Assembly (NCBI GenBank): GCA_011109175.1
Contig: RDEW01000020.1
Location: 910,755 to 974,754 of the forward strand
From: Dicyema japonicum
Taxonomy: Eukaryota; Animalia; Dicyemida
DNA length: 64,000 nucleotides
Direction: 5' to 3'
Shown here: positions 38,049-50,379 of the stretch, one piece after another
Position numbering within the stretch: the stretch's first letter is position 1
Layout: every line of letters starts with the position of its first letter
The notes under the pieces: model-generated
The model's database searches: none
Seen by the model: only the letters and a program-made list of their open reading frames with translations
Told to the model about the DNA's origin: nothing
Made by a program: the position numbers and the translations under genes

Positions 38049-39672
38049 TCTGTGTTATTCAAATTATAATATATTACTTTTTTTATTTTTTATATTACTT
38101 TTTTATTTTTTAGATTTTAAGTTTTTCTGCTAATTGGTTTGTCTGACATATTACATCAAAAAATCTTGAAACGGTACCTTGGTGTTTTCCCGTAACCACT
38201 ACTAAGAATACTATTTGGTAGTTTCTTAGTAATTGATAGAAGTTAAACAATATATGGAACATCACTGATTCCTTGAATATGTCATAAAATATGCTGGCGA
38301 TATTTTGTTTTTAGGTTAGAAATGGTCGGTTTGATAACTCTATTACCTAAATGTTTGTAATTTATACAAGATATTACTGATCGCAGAATTAGAAACACGT
38401 GAAAACGGATTCGCATGCGCATTTAAAATCTGGAATTGCTCCCCTGTTTCGACATAGAGACTCTTCGGTTAGTACTTTGGTTAGTAAAATGACGGCTGGT
38501 AATTTTACACCTTTGGACCCAGAGTCAATTTTCAGTTTAATCTCAGAACGTTCCTTCCAAACTATCTCAATAAATATGCCAAGATTGCGTTTCCATTTTT
38601 TAGAACCCCTTTCCACTACAATTGAAGTCGTTCTTCACATTATTCTATAGAGTGAGGTTTTTCAGTTTTTCTCTCGGCTTCTCTCGCGATTATGATCGTG
38701 AGGGAAAGAGGTCTGTCTCCATAAATTGAAAAATAATATCCGATTATTTGGAAATGACCTTTGAACCATCAAGGTTTCCGCAATCAAAAACCAGAGTGCT
38801 GGAATCAAGGTTCGAATGAGGAGGTTGAATATTGTCGCCTCAAAAGAGAAGTTCGCAGGAAAAACACGAAGGTATTCGAAGGAGTTCACGTGAACGCCTG
38901 CCAGTAGCGTTAACATATAACAAGTGCATGTGATTGCGTGAAGAAAACTGGTGAGAGAGATGGGATCGGCCGTGTTTTCTCTTCATTCATGAGGCTGGCT
39001 GTAAAGATTGCTTTTCTATAGTCTATCCCTTTTGTAACAAATTTATTAAGCCCTCTTCAAAAAGGAGTCGGAGTAAGCTTCGGATATAAGGCTGCTGTTC
39101 TGCATAGAAATCACAAGGTCTTCATCAATCCTTAGTGAATCTTTAACCATCATGGCACTTTTTAGTTTTCTATATTCTTAGCTAAATTAGTCAATTTAGT
39201 AACCCATAATAGATAGAGAAGGAAGTTAATTAAGCAACTAATTAGATATGCCAGAAATTAAGGACCACAATACCATGGTTCTATCTCACGTGGACGATCT
39301 CATGTATAGGGATTTCTTAAATAAAAAACTATATATTTCCAGTTTTCCGAGTCGCAGAAACATAGGGCCATTCAAACGTTGATTCCTTGCAATTGTGGAA
39401 ATCATTCCAGTTGATCGGGGAGAGTAAATGGTCATTTTTTACCATCATTGCACTAGTAGAACAAGAAAATGAACAAAGGAAAAGAAATCTTCGATTAATA
39501 GTTAGTATGAGAAGTGAACCAAGGGTCTTTGTCACAGTATGACATGAAAATCAGTATCTGATCGGCTAAATTAAAGCTTAAATAAAATTGAATATTTAAT
39601 CATTTTAGTTATTTTCAATCAAATTTTTAAATATTATTATTTTGTTTATAAAATTCTTGTAGGTGATTAAAT

Positions 39673-40620
39673 ATGGAAAATTCTGTTATAACCAAAGATG
39701 ACCCTGAGATTCATAACAATACAGAAAATATACCCAAAGATGAAATTGCTATAACAGACATCAAAACAACAAAGAAGGAAGAACTTAAAAATAAAAGAAA
39801 GGCGAAAAAGAAAAAAACAAAAAAGAAAAATGTTAAACAAAACAATACAGAAAATATACCCAAAGATGAAATTGCTATAACAGACATCAAAACAACAAAG
39901 AAGGAAGAACTTAAAAATAAAAGAAAGGCGAAAAAGAAAAAAACAAAAAAGAAAAATGTTAAACAAGAATTTGTGTTACCCCCATCACTCATTCGTCATA
40001 TTAAAAAACGTAATAAGAAATTCAATCCATATCTGAAAATTATAATAAACAGAATTCCTTCTAAAGTGGAGTTAGTTAACTATGAATGCAGTAACAGAAT
40101 GTCTATTCCTCCCCCACATGTAAATTCAGTCACATCAATGAAATGCCAACCACGTGAAATAACATCTGATGTGTGTTCATTCTGTGGAAGACAAAGAGGG
40201 GACTCACAACTGGGAGACCTGTTTGGTCCTTACAGATCAGAGACATCAGAGGATATTTGGACTCACGAGAACTGTGCTGTGTGGACAAATGGAGTATATG
40301 CCAGCAGTGGGACTGTGTTTGGTTTGTCGGAAGCAGTTAGTTGTTCTCGTAATAATGTATTAATAATATATATTAAGATGTGCGTTGCTTGTGGGAATTT
40401 GGGGGCATCTCTTTGTTGTGTTGTGCGTGGCTGTACCCAAATGTTTCACTATCCATGTGCAGTTAAAGATAATTGTCGGTTTAATGAAGATTATTTTAAT
40501 ATATTCTGTTGTTGTGTTGTGCGTGGCTGTACCCAAATGTTTCACTATCCATGTGCAGTTAAAGATAATTGTCGGTTTAATGAAGATTATTTTAATATAT
40601 TCTGTACAAAACATAAATGA
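39673..40620 (+). CDS. TCF20/RAI1-like extended PHD (ePHD) protein
   Basis: C..C..LGDLFGPY, WTHENCAVWTNGVY..VFGL.EA, C..C..GA.L.C..GC..FHYPCA..CTKHK; Lys-rich NLS; probable in-frame 21-nt intron 40357-40377. Confidence 0.85.
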   Translation: MENSVITKDDPEIHNNTENIPKDEIAITDIKTTKKEELKNKRKAKKKKTKKKNVKQNNTENIPKDEIAITDIKTTKKEELKNKRKAKKKKTKKKNVKQEFVLPPSLIRHIKKRNKKFNPYLKIIINRIPSKVELVNYECSNRMSIPPPHVNSVTSMKCQPREITSDVCSFCGRQRGDSQLGDLFGPYRSETSEDIWTHENCAVWTNGVYASSGTVFGLSEAVSCSRNNVLIIYIKMCVACGNLGASLCCVVRGCTQMFHYPCAVKDNCRFNEDYFNIFCCCVVRGCTQMFHYPCAVKDNCRFNEDYFNIFCTKHK

Positions 40621-40945
40621 TTATTTTTTATTATGTTTTTATCTTAGTTCTAATAAGAAATTTTGTCAAATACCTAAAATAACTCATGATGCTGAAAGAC
40701 CCTGTGCCTGTTACGGAGAGTGGTTCAAGGTAACCGTCTCAGGTGGTTTCGACTTCCCTCTTGTAAGTCTGGAATCACTTAATTGGATGGGATATTCTTT
40801 CTCTTTTAACTCAGTAGTCCTGGGCAATAGTAATTGTCGTATGTCATAAGAACCCGGGCCGTTAATACTGTCCGGGTCGATAAGGTCAGTCCATCACTTG
40901 AAATCATTAACAATCTCTAAGTTTTGTTTCAAGAGAAACAAAATA

Positions 40946-42302
40946 CAGTAAACCCTCATTAATCCGAACAAAAAAAAATTGGATACCTTTCGGATTATGA
41001 AGGGAATAAATATACTAATTTTATTGCAATTAATATTCACTCCATTTTCAGCATTAATAGTTTACTCGTCGACATTATAATCTTCACAAAGAATGACGAT
41101 TTCGTTCTCGTCGAGCATTTCTGTTTGGGTTATTCCTCCTTCATTAGCAAGTTCTTCCAGTTCTTTTCGGTACTCATTCAAAACAAAATCTTGCATGATA
41201 TCTTCACTAGCCAATTAATCAAGACATTTGAGTCTCTACATCATAATGATGACCTTCCTTAAATTCCAAAAAAATTATTTTTCCAAATCAAGGACTTCCA
41301 TATAATCCAAAATAAACCTATTTCTTTGATAACGCTTAAAGTTCTTGACTATGCCTGCGTTCAGCGGTTAAAGATAAACAGTTTTGTTTTTTTGAATGAT
41401 TAAATTTTCAATGAAAATTATTTTTCCAAATCAAAGACTTCCATATAATCCAAAATAAACCTATTTCTTTGATAACGCTTAAAGTTCTTGACTATGCCTG
41501 CGTTCAGCGGTTAAAGATAAACAGTTTTGTTTTTTTGAATGATTAAATTTTCAATGTTTCAAAAAATTTCGTTAAAACGTGACTTGGAGCATTATCAACC
41601 AGTAAAAAAAATTTTCATAAAAATTTTAATTCATCACTAAAATGCCATCCATTCAACAAGTGAATTATCAAGTCGTTGATGTTTACAACTGTCTTGACTT
41701 GTTAATTATAGTTTCACAGTTTTTCCGTTTTTCACATTTTTTAAGAATTTCTGAAAGTGTCGAAATTCCAAAATAAAGGTTCATTTTTATTTCAAAAATC
41801 TTTCTTTTCTATGCAATAGAAATTTCGACCCTTTTTCTAACCACGTGTCACTGTAAGATTTAAATTTAAATTTTACTTTCATTTAAATGCAGAATATTTA
41901 CAAAATAAATTAATTCGAAATTTTTTANGTGTCTTGACTTGTTAATTATAGTTTCACAGTTTTCCCGTTTTTCACATTTTTTAAGAATTTCTGAAAGTGT
42001 CGAAATTCCAAAATAAAGATTCATTTTTATTTCAAAAATCTTTCTATCCTTTGCAATAGAAATTTCGACCCTCTTTCTAACCACGTGTCACTGTAAGATT
42101 TAAATTTAAAATGTATATTCATTTAAATGCAGAATATATACAAAATCAATTAATCCGAAATTTTTTATAAATGTCTTTCAGATTGCGGATTATAAAGAAG
42201 CTTGTTTGTATGGAAATTTAGTAAAATTTTGCTGACTCATATAAAAATTCGGTTTATTGAAATTTTCGGATTATTGAAGTTCTGATTAATGGGAGTTTAC
42301 TG
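40946..42302 (-). mobile_element. Tigger/pogo DNA transposon, deleted derivative
   Basis: 24-bp TIRs (CAGTAAACCCTCATTAATCCGAAC vs CAGTAAACTCCCATTAATCAGAAC) with TA on both sides; remnants ISTLSEILK, LLVDNAPSH, LNAGIVKNFK. Confidence 0.85.
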
Positions 42303-42419
42303 TATAGAGAAAGTTAAATCATACCGTAACAAATTGCTGAGATGATCAAAAAGATATTAACCAATTTCAAGCAAAAAAAGAACTGAAACAGACAGTAACC
42401 TAATACCAATTTTGAACAG

Positions 42420-44106
42420 GAACACTTTATTCGAAACAGGAATTAGGAGTTAGTTTAATGGGTATTTTAACGAGTCCGTCTATGCGGCCTGGACACTTCC
42501 GATGCACCCCATCTCCATTTTAATCTCGTACTAGCGTCGGATCCCATGAATCCTCTAAACGCTATTATATCAAGAACGTAGTAGGTATAAAGCTAGTAAG
42601 CCCATCTCCTGTTAGTTCTCCCCTAGTAGGTTCCTTCCCGAGTATGTTCTTTCACAGTAGTCCCAAGCCTCCGTATAGGGACCAATGATGTGGTTTACAA
42701 AGTTTTGTAAAGATCCCAAATCGAATGTAAGGAACAATTTGCCAAGATATTCTGCGTGTTCGTTTAAGAGGCCAATGGTCTCCATGAAGCACACGCAAAT
42801 GAAATGCATGGTTCGATGTACTGTGAGTAGAGCGTTTTAATTATAGGTTGATGTCCAATTTTCCATAGACCTGTTAGGCATTTCAGAAAGTTAATTTTTT
42901 TCTCACATTTGTTCAGCATGTTAGTGACGTGTCTCGAAAAATTTATGTACGGATCTAAAATTAGACCCAATATTTTTTGCCAATTGCTGAAGGACAGTCC
43001 TCTTCCCTCCGCAGTAACTTCTATTGTCCTGCTCGAAAATCTTTTGTCCGAGGTATATAAGTTGTAACAGATTTTTCGGTGTTGATTGACATCCGATTTT
43101 CATTAAAACACTCGAGCACTCGATCGTGGTGTTGTTGTATTCTTCACGTGGCTGTTTGGATGTTCTGATCTCGTGAGGCCAAGACGATATCGTCTTCATA
43201 AGCCAGAAGCAAATCGTTTTCTCCATTCGGCGTTAGAATGTCAACCGTAAATAAATCGAATAAGAATGGTGATAGCGGCGTTTCCGGCTTTGTTTTCTCT
43301 GTAAGGAGTCTTATTGTGCTTCCTGGAGTTGTTGAGGATAGTCTGAGAGGTGAGCTTGTTTAATAAGGATAATCCTCTTAAGTCTGCTGGCTGTGATTTT
43401 AACCAGGCTGGATTCCTGGAGTTGTTGAGGATAGTCTGAGAGGTGAGCTTGTTTAATAAGGATAATCCTCTTAAGTCTGCTGGCTGTGATTTTAACCAGG
43501 CTGGATGTTTAGCCATGAAATTTCCACACAATATCAGGTTTCCGAGCTTGATTGGGTTTAATTAGAATCCATTTGGGAAGAAGGGGGGGACGTAGATATT
43601 TGTAATGTTAAAAATCCCGAATCCATTTGAAATTGATATTCCAGATATTTCCTTGGTCCCGTCATTTATTAGTGATTGTAGTTTTGCAGAGATGTCCGTA
43701 AATCAAATGTTATCTCTTATAATGATGAGACCACAACGACGGTACGATCCGTCCAGGCGGATGCAGTGGTATCCTGGAAAATGCGGTGTAGGTGATAATG
43801 GAGTAAGTCTGCTTTCTTGAAGTAAAATCAAGTCAATTTTCTGTTCTTTAATGAAAGACTGTAGTTCGAGAATTTTGCTTTTGATTCCGTTGATGTTTTG
43901 GAGACCATCTGCAGAATTAAGAGATTTCACCGACGAGAATTATCAGAAACCCATTCAGCCGAGTGGGGTTAAGAAAAGGAAGAAGCCGTCGTCCGAAGAA
44001 TCCTTCTTCGGATGGAAAGTAGCTAATGGTCCTTTTTCGCGGTGTATTAAATGCACCCTGAGCGTCCTCAGAAGTTTCATAACTGGTAGACCACATGACG
44101 CCACGT
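42420..44106 (-). mobile_element. Ingi/Vingi/Jockey-like APE-RT LINE, internally deleted, intact 5' module
   Basis: QNINGI, LLQESRL, NIYVPP, CGNF.AKHPAW, LGLILDP..F..HV; 5' module 44027-44102. Confidence 0.75.
44027..44102 (-). ncRNA. Candidate pseudoknotted 5' RNA module (copy A), HDV-like stem order
   Basis: GGCGTC/GACGCT crossed by TGGTCT/GGACCA; GGTG/CACC hairpin followed by GCGAAAAA. Confidence 0.5.
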
Positions 44107-44270
44107 TTAATTAACATAATCTGACATCTTAAGCTGCATGCCCTATAGTTGGAATAGAAAAGATGACATATCTTAAGCTGCAAGTCTTATGGTTCACGCA
44201 GTAATGTTTATTTTTTAAACGATCTAATATATAAAATAATATTTAAATATAATATTTAAAAACGACTCAA

Positions 44271-45327
44271 ATGGGTCTTGTGGAATATTGCTCCAGCGAT
44301 GATGAATCTGAACAAATGACGACTCAACAAGAGGAAACAGACTTGAGTATAAAATTAATATTTAATTAGAACTCCCTAAACCGAATCTTAGTACTAAAAA
44401 CGAATCACTCAGCAAACTACTGAAAATTCGTTCAGCAGCCTCTGGCAAAATTAATTTGGATCCCAGTCTAGTGGATAAAGTCTATTATCCTCTGTAAATA
44501 TAGATATTCAAAAAATCAGTCCTGGATAAATCGCCCATCCCCGCTAACTGTGATATTGGCCCTTTGGAGACCACATCATCGAATCCTCTGTTGAGACTTT
44601 TACCTCCAGTGAATAAGCATGTCAATGACCCCAAAACTCATATGACTGAGGCACATGTGCATATTAACACCGCCAAATCACTGGATGATTCGTCTGATGA
44701 TCCTGATAAAGACTATAAAAACCCACCTGCACAGGAAACTCAGTTTTCGTTCAACTTTACTTATTTTGACGATAAAATTGACGAAAAAGTGGAAGATGAA
44801 GAATTCCATCCTTCTGGGACTCCAAAGGAGGTTTTGAAAATTCCGAATGATGATATTTTTGGGAATGAAAGCATTTCCGACTATTTTTTCCTCAATAAAT
44901 CCGACAAAGGACCAGACAATTTTCAGGAGATCGTACCGGCTGTTGATTGTGAGAAAGAAATGGACGAAAATGTATTTTTGAATGTTAACGTAGTTTACAC
45001 GTGTTTTTGGGAGGAAATTGATACCCCAAAACATTAATGTGATTGATGTGGTGGGTGGAGGTGACGACTATGAACGACAATCCATGATAAACTTAACAAC
45101 TACAGCCACCCCTAAAATTCATTCAAAGCGAGGACGAATGGAGGCAGCAGGACTATTTGATAAGAACATAACATCAACTGAACGACACAAACACCAGGTG
45201 ACCTATTTGGCCCAACAGGTCGATGTAATGGTTATCGTAGGCTATGGAGAGGGAGACTGAGTTACGTAGTGAGAGTCTTAATGCTAAGGTACTACGTAAG
45301 GAGAGTAAGTCAAGATATGGATTTTGA
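44271..45327 (+). CDS. PRCC: Proline-rich mitotic checkpoint control factor PRCC; spliced
   Basis: N-terminus MGLVEYCSSDDES; C-terminus RHKHQVTYLAQQ|AMERETEL..SKSRYGF*; short GT-AG introns. Confidence 0.85.
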
Positions 45328-46291
45328 TATTGTAATTATTTGTGTTAATGTAATCTGTTGTCAATCATACTTATTCCCTCTGTAAACAAATATTAACAGT
45401 CTTTTTTTATTATCTTCCTTGGGCACCAAAGAATGACACGAGAACTCTACTGAGATGGCCTAGGAATAATCTGTTCAAACAGGATTTATCTTTTTAAATT
45501 TACTGTTAAAATGTTCGTGTTCCTATGATATTTTAGCATTACTGTTAAAATGTTAGTGTTCCTATGATATTCTATCCTTGTTAAAATGTGCGTATTCCTA
45601 TCATATTTTAGCATAATCAATTGTGAGTTGAAAACATATTTCTATTTAGTTCAGGGGTCGGCGGGCTTTTTTGGCTTCGTAGGCCAAAATTTTATTTTTA
45701 TGAGATGCAGGCCAAACGAGAAAAATTACTAAATTTTCAAAGAAGTGAATTTATTTAATAAAGTATCAATGCCTACGTTAATCTCACTATTGGCTAAAAG
45801 TAAAATATATTGGTAATATGCTGCGAATCAGTCATCCTTGTTNGCAGGGGTCAGCGGGCTTTTTTGGCTTTGTGGGTCAAAATTTTATTTTTTATGCGAT
45901 GCGAACCAATCGAGAAAAAATATTAAAATTTCAAAGCAGTGAATTTATTTTATAAAGTATCAATGTCTATGTTTATCTCACTAGTTGCTAAAAGTAAAAT
46001 ATATTGTAATATGCTGCGAATCAGTCATCCTTGTTCTTGACAATTTTTTACATTATTCATTTTGGAGAATAACTGTTCACAAATATGTGCTTCCCAATAT
46101 AGTAGCTATTTACTTAGCATTTTCGACTAAATATGGATATTTTTTACAGAAGCTCAAAATATCCAATGCAGAAAAAATATTTTGATATAAGTGTAGTGTC
46201 GCATCGAATTTCAAGTAATTCCATTTGATAACTATCTGGCGCTGTCTCAGTTTGTTATTATTATTTAAGCACTTCACGGAAGCCATACTAC

Positions 46292-46480
46292 TTATAGCCC
46301 CGCATGTGCAGCAAAAGAAACAATGTTGGATGTCATCCTTTTCCGTGCTCCCTTGTTCCTAGCCAAGGCTCTCATAGTGTCAAGGTCGTCGGCAGTTTTT
46401 AAATTTTTTTTAATATTAACCAGGTCTTTTTGTAAAACTATTGGCAGTGTTGTTCTAGGTCTTTCACGATAGCGGCCTTC
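46292..46480 (-). mobile_element. RTE-like LINE 3'-end fragment nested in the hAT
   Basis: RERPRTTLPIVLQKDL..ADDLDTMR..AAHAGL*. Confidence 0.7.
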
Positions 46481-48109
46481 TTGACTAACATATATCAGTT
46501 TCAATTGAAAATAAAAAAAATGTTGAAAAGATTTATATGAACCTGAAAAATGAATATACAAACATTTTACTTTTAAAGCCATGAAACGTGATTAAAATTC
46601 TAATCTCAATTCCATAACTGTTTGCATATTCATTAACATCGATAGGATTCATAGAAAAAAAATTCACAAAACACGTCATATTTCTTTTTTGTAACTGTAA
46701 TTCCCACAACTTCAATTTTTTTCAAAAGCAGTGATTTGGAAATAGATTTGTTGTACAAATTGATTACTTCCCTGCAGTTTCAAATTTACGTTATTTAGAT
46801 GAGAAGTTATATCCACTAAAAATGCCAACAAATTTCTAAAGTGGGAGAAAAAATTTTTTTGATTATGTTAAAAGTTGCATTAAATGTCCGAAAACATCGG
46901 TTCCTGTCACTTTACCCATCATTGGAATAACTCTGTAAAATACTTCAAAAATTTGGAATGTTTCAGTTATCCCTCGTACAAATACGGAAAGTTGAGAAGT
47001 ATCTCTTCTGTCAGTACTAGTATCTAATGCGATTGAAAAATATTCGAAATTTGCAAAAAACGTTTTTTAGAAATAGATTTAAATCCAAGGACATTTCTTC
47101 TACTCTTCTAGTAGTGACCGTTCTTGGAGATAAGCAGATAGATTTAAAAATGGTTTTTCTGGTGGAAATAGCAACTGTAATTAGTAAGGCAACAATTTTA
47201 TTGACTNATAACTTGGTCAAATACTTCAAAAATTTGGAATGTTTCAGTTATCCCTCGAACAAATACGGCAAGTTAAGAAGCATCTCTTCTGTCAGTACTA
47301 GTATCTAATGCGATTGAAAAATATTCGAAATTTGCAAAAAAACGTTTTTTAAAGATAGATTTACATCCAAGGACATTTCTTCTACTCTTCTAGTAGTGAC
47401 CGTTCTTGGAGATAAGCAGATAGATTCAAAAATGGTTTTTCTGGTGGAAATAGCAACTGTAATTAGTGCAACATTTTTATTGACTTAAAAAAAGTAAAAA
47501 TTGCCCTTAAAAGTCAATTTATTTGTAAAAATTGACCTAAAAATACTAGTTATAACTTTATTTTCATATATAAACTACGCTTATGAAAATTTAAAGTAAT
47601 TTTATTCATCGTTTATCGAGTTAAGTAATATTTTACATTATCCGCTTTAAAATACCTATCCTTGGATAAGATTTTGTTAAAAATCGAAAATGATCGTTCC
47701 ACTGAGCACGATGAGCCTGACATTCAATCATTTTATTCATCGTTTATCGAGTTAAGTAATATTTTACATTATCCGCTTTAAAATTCTTATCCTTGGATAA
47801 GATTTTGTTAAAAATCGAAAATGATCGTTCCTTTGAGCACGATGAGCCTGACATTCAATCAACAAAGAATAATCTAAAAATGAAATAGAATGATCATCGA
47901 AATTCACTATTTTTGTAATATCATTAGAATTCATCCATTTGTTATATAATTTTTTATTCCACATACGCCTTTTTTAAAATCCAATTTTTTCAAATAATTG
48001 TATGTTTTATTTATAATAAAATTGGTCGATTCTAAATCATCAAGCAAATGTAATAAGAATGAATATTGTGGTATTATCGTCGTTAGATCTTCATGAAGTT
48101 GTCCATTAA

Positions 48110-48390
48110 TTAAAAAATATGGCGAAATTGGAGACCGCTACCGTTTTGTACCGGTAGCAATCGAGACGTCTAGTGCAGCTGGAAGTATTACAGCCTCTTT
48201 CCTAAAGGAAATCGGGGGAAAATTGACCCACCGCAAGAAAGACGTGCGGGAAGCGGTCTGGCTGAGGCAAAGAATTGGTATCGCAATTATTCGCGGAAAC
48301 GCTTACTCCGTGATGTCAGCAGCCGCTCTCCCCCATAGTTAATAAATAATATTTTATTGTTAATAAATTGTTGATTTAAAAAAATAAATA
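48110..48390 (+). mobile_element. CRE-like RLE 3' fragment
   Basis: FVPVAIETS..WLRQRIGIAIIRGNAYSV*, AT-rich tail. Confidence 0.75.
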
Positions 48391-48689
48391 AACATTCTTT
48401 CGCTCTTTTAATAAGCAAGGAATCTCCTTCTAGAAAAGTGCATATTTGAAGTACATTTGGCAGGTTTGTAGCATACTAAGAAACAGCCTTAAGCCAGCTC
48501 CCCCATCTCGTAACTATTGGTTCTGGTGAATACTCAATTTCTTTAAACAATTGTCTTCGATAATTGTTGATTAAAAGTGCTTTAATAAAAGCAATCAATT
48601 TGTCAACATTGAGATAATATACTTTTATTTTAACTGCACAATTATGCACTAAGTGAGCAAAACATGTGATATGGTATAGACTAGAACGT

Positions 48690-48960
48690 TTAAATTTTAT
48701 TGAAGAAAATAGATTAACGGTTATATAGAGGCTGCCCTGACTGCGTGGCTATTCTCTCTCAAGATAGCGAGCGAGATTCGCTCAACTAACCAGAAGCGCT
48801 CACGAGGATCTTCTTTTCCTGTAGCGATCCGAGAAACTAAAATATAATTACTCGAGGGAGCGTCGGGAAACCGAGTGGCTTTTCCAAAGGATATCCCTGG
48901 CAGTAGTCAGAGGTAACAGTCACTCGATCATATCCGCTGGACTCAGTAATTAACTACTCA
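48690..48960 (+). mobile_element. CRE-like RLE 3' fragment
   Basis: WLFQRISLAVVRGNSHSI*; interrupts the inner hAT transposase. Confidence 0.65.
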
Positions 48961-50379
48961 TGTTTCTCAATTTATAATTGAATTTTCTCTGTCTGGAAAA
49001 AAAATTACTTGAGAGTATTTCCTGCAGAAACCATATATGGAGCAGCATCGGTAATAAGGAGAGAAAAATTGTTTCTTTCAACATTAATTTTCGGAATAGT
49101 GTCATCAATAATTTGACTAATGATAGACGAATTCGGAGGGAAATCAATTTTTATACAATCTATTAGGTAAGATCTTTGCGGATTTGCCAACGTTCCAACT
49201 AGACAATTAACAAATTTGTTTCTCCCAACATCAGTTTCGTCCACAATCAAAAAAACCTTAACAATTAAATTATTCAAACTAACTTTCTTATTTGAAATTA
49301 AATTAATTATTTTGGATATCTTTTGTTGAGCTAAAATTTCTACTATATTGCGGCAAGTAAACTCTGAAGGAAGTGGATGCCCAATACTTTCGAATAATTG
49401 CTCGATTCCTCAATTTATAGAGTGGAATGTTTGCGGAGACAAATGCTTCCGTTACGTCTGTTGCAAAATTTCTGAAGAAATCATTTGGAACAATATTCAA
49501 TTGTTTTTTATTTGTGGATATATTTATTCTTGAAGAGTGCTTCTGTGTTTCCCTGTATTTGTTCACAAAAAATTGTTTCTTGCAAGTTACGGGTAACTCA
49601 CATAATTTTAAAAAAAGCATTCCATTCGGTGTAATTGAAAACTCTTTGGGAAATTTGTCACAAATATTTTTAGTTTTTTTAAAATCGGAAGGCTTACTTT
49701 CAGACATATGTACTGCATAGTTTAGTTAAAAATTTGTTGCAACAAGACAGAAATGTCACGACGATTATCTTAAATTTATTTTGATGCTTAAAATTATGAT
49801 ATAATTATATTATTTAAATTTTTATTTAAAAATTGACCTAAAAATCTAAAAAGTTGACCTAATTGACCTAAAAAACTTTTTGTAGAAATCTTTTTTTGAC
49901 ATTTTTTTAAATTAATCATTATTTTTAGACTAAAGTCTAACTCTGAATTGACTTTATTGACTTATGTTGCCCTAGTAATTAGGCATTTTTTGATAAATTT
50001 GCCGTCTGTAAGTGGCTTCATTCGTTTTGAAATTATCTTTGAAATATCGTAACTCATAGGTGTGATATCGTTTTTTTTAAAACTCAAATTCAAAAAAAAA
50101 GTTTTTTGCATTTGGTAATTGTGTTCCAGTCTCTTAATTTCCATTAAGCGTGATTTCCTGTAAACTTGTTGAATTTTCCGTAATACCGAGTTTCATAATG
50201 TCGCTTGAGGTTATAAACTTTTTGGACAGCAAGTTTATCGAAGCACATCAGCTCGTGGGCCATATTTTGCCTGCGGGCCGTCATTTTCAGACCCCTGGTT
50301 TAGTGTCTACGTACTTCATTTATATATAGACGCCTGGTGATTTAAGATGAACAAAGAAATTTTTACTTATTTTCCACCG

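Larger units (their letters stand above)
47185..49974 (-). mobile_element. Inner hAT transposon (CGGBP1-related type)
   Basis: TIRs TAAGGCAACA/TGTTGCCCTA with a perfect 8-bp TSD GTAATTAG (47177-47184, 49975-49982); FVSANIPLYKL, IVDET, LITDAAPYM, HITCFAHLVHN. Confidence 0.85.
45652..50297 (-). mobile_element. hAT (SPIN/Charlie/Buster-like) transposon carrying nested insertions
   Basis: Termini CAGGGGTC..GACCCCTG; flanks ATTTAGTT/GTTTAGTG; remnants YNLKRHYETR, KPLTDGKFIKKCL, LSPRTVTTRRVEE, FGST.ICEQ.FS. Confidence 0.8.

Noticed and set aside
39667-39992. Hydrophobic minus-strand ORFs resembling membrane proteins
   Set aside because: Antisense shadow of the Lys-rich TCF20/RAI1-like coding sequence.
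40706-40785. tRNA-like stretch (GAGAGTGG..GGTTTCGACT)
   Set aside because: A/B-box-like words are present but no convincing cloverleaf; at most a decayed tRNA-derived repeat.
44033-44072. Hammerhead core (CTGAGGA..GAAA on the minus strand)
   Set aside because: Stem II would close with a C-C mismatch, and homologous copy B lacks CTGANGA.
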